A DNA stretch of 64,000 bases, taken from Octopus bimaculoides (lineage: Eukaryota). Positions 63,721-64,000 of the stretch are shown piece after piece. The notes under the pieces were generated by a model, which saw only the letters and a list, made by a program, of their open reading frames with translations, ran no database searches and was not told the origin of the DNA. The DNA is taken from the NCBI RefSeq assembly GCF_001194135.2, contig NC_068985.1, positions 22,238,632-22,302,631 on the forward strand, given 5' to 3'. A program made the position numbers and the translations under genes. How positions within the stretch are numbered: position 1 is the stretch's first letter; each line of letters starts with the position of its first letter.

Positions 63721-64000
63721 TAGCGTTTCAGTATATAAACGATAATTGATAGGTTGGATGAGGTGCTGACAAGGACAATGTTTTACATTCTTAAGCCTAT
63801 AATAGATATTTGCCCAAGTGTATTTATGATAACTAAACAAAATACTGTTACTTTGCTAGCAATTAAATACACAAAGCAGTTGCTACGAATGTGCAATGTG
63901 ATCTATCCATTTAGACCACTACACTGTTTTGCTAATGAGAGGGGAAATAACTTTGTATTTTACAAGATTAATGTTGCACAGGCTCCATTTGGATTATAAT

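Overview
AT-rich, CpG-poor animal genomic DNA with five N gaps. The SINE families, (TA)n/(TG)n/(AAT)n/(GAT)n microsatellites and mix of retroelements look like an Octopus (coleoid cephalopod) scaffold; this is my recognition of the repeats, not a database result. I recognise no intact protein-coding gene, and most ORF-track entries are chance, microsatellite or transposon ORFs. The window reads as intron or intergenic DNA beside one CpG-retaining promoter-like region at about 50.4-52.5 kb, with a probable minus-strand first exon and a few unidentified candidate exons. Identifiable content is mostly transposon debris: L1/Tx1, CR1-like, RTE and HERO (RLE) LINE remnants, Penelope-like (PLE) remnants, an internally deleted Tc1, hAT and piggyBac-like MITEs, GG-ended MITEs with 8-bp TSDs, and at least four tRNA-headed SINE types. 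Best leads: (1) short PLE-derived repeats carrying minimal hammerhead-ribozyme folds, including an intact-looking CUGUUGA core variant at 42433-42469; (2) a long-TIR MITE carrying telomere-type TTAGGG repeats; (3) modular SINEs that swap heads, central domains and tails; (4) nested insertions whose empty sites are in the same window. No CRISPR array, rRNA or true tRNA gene was seen.
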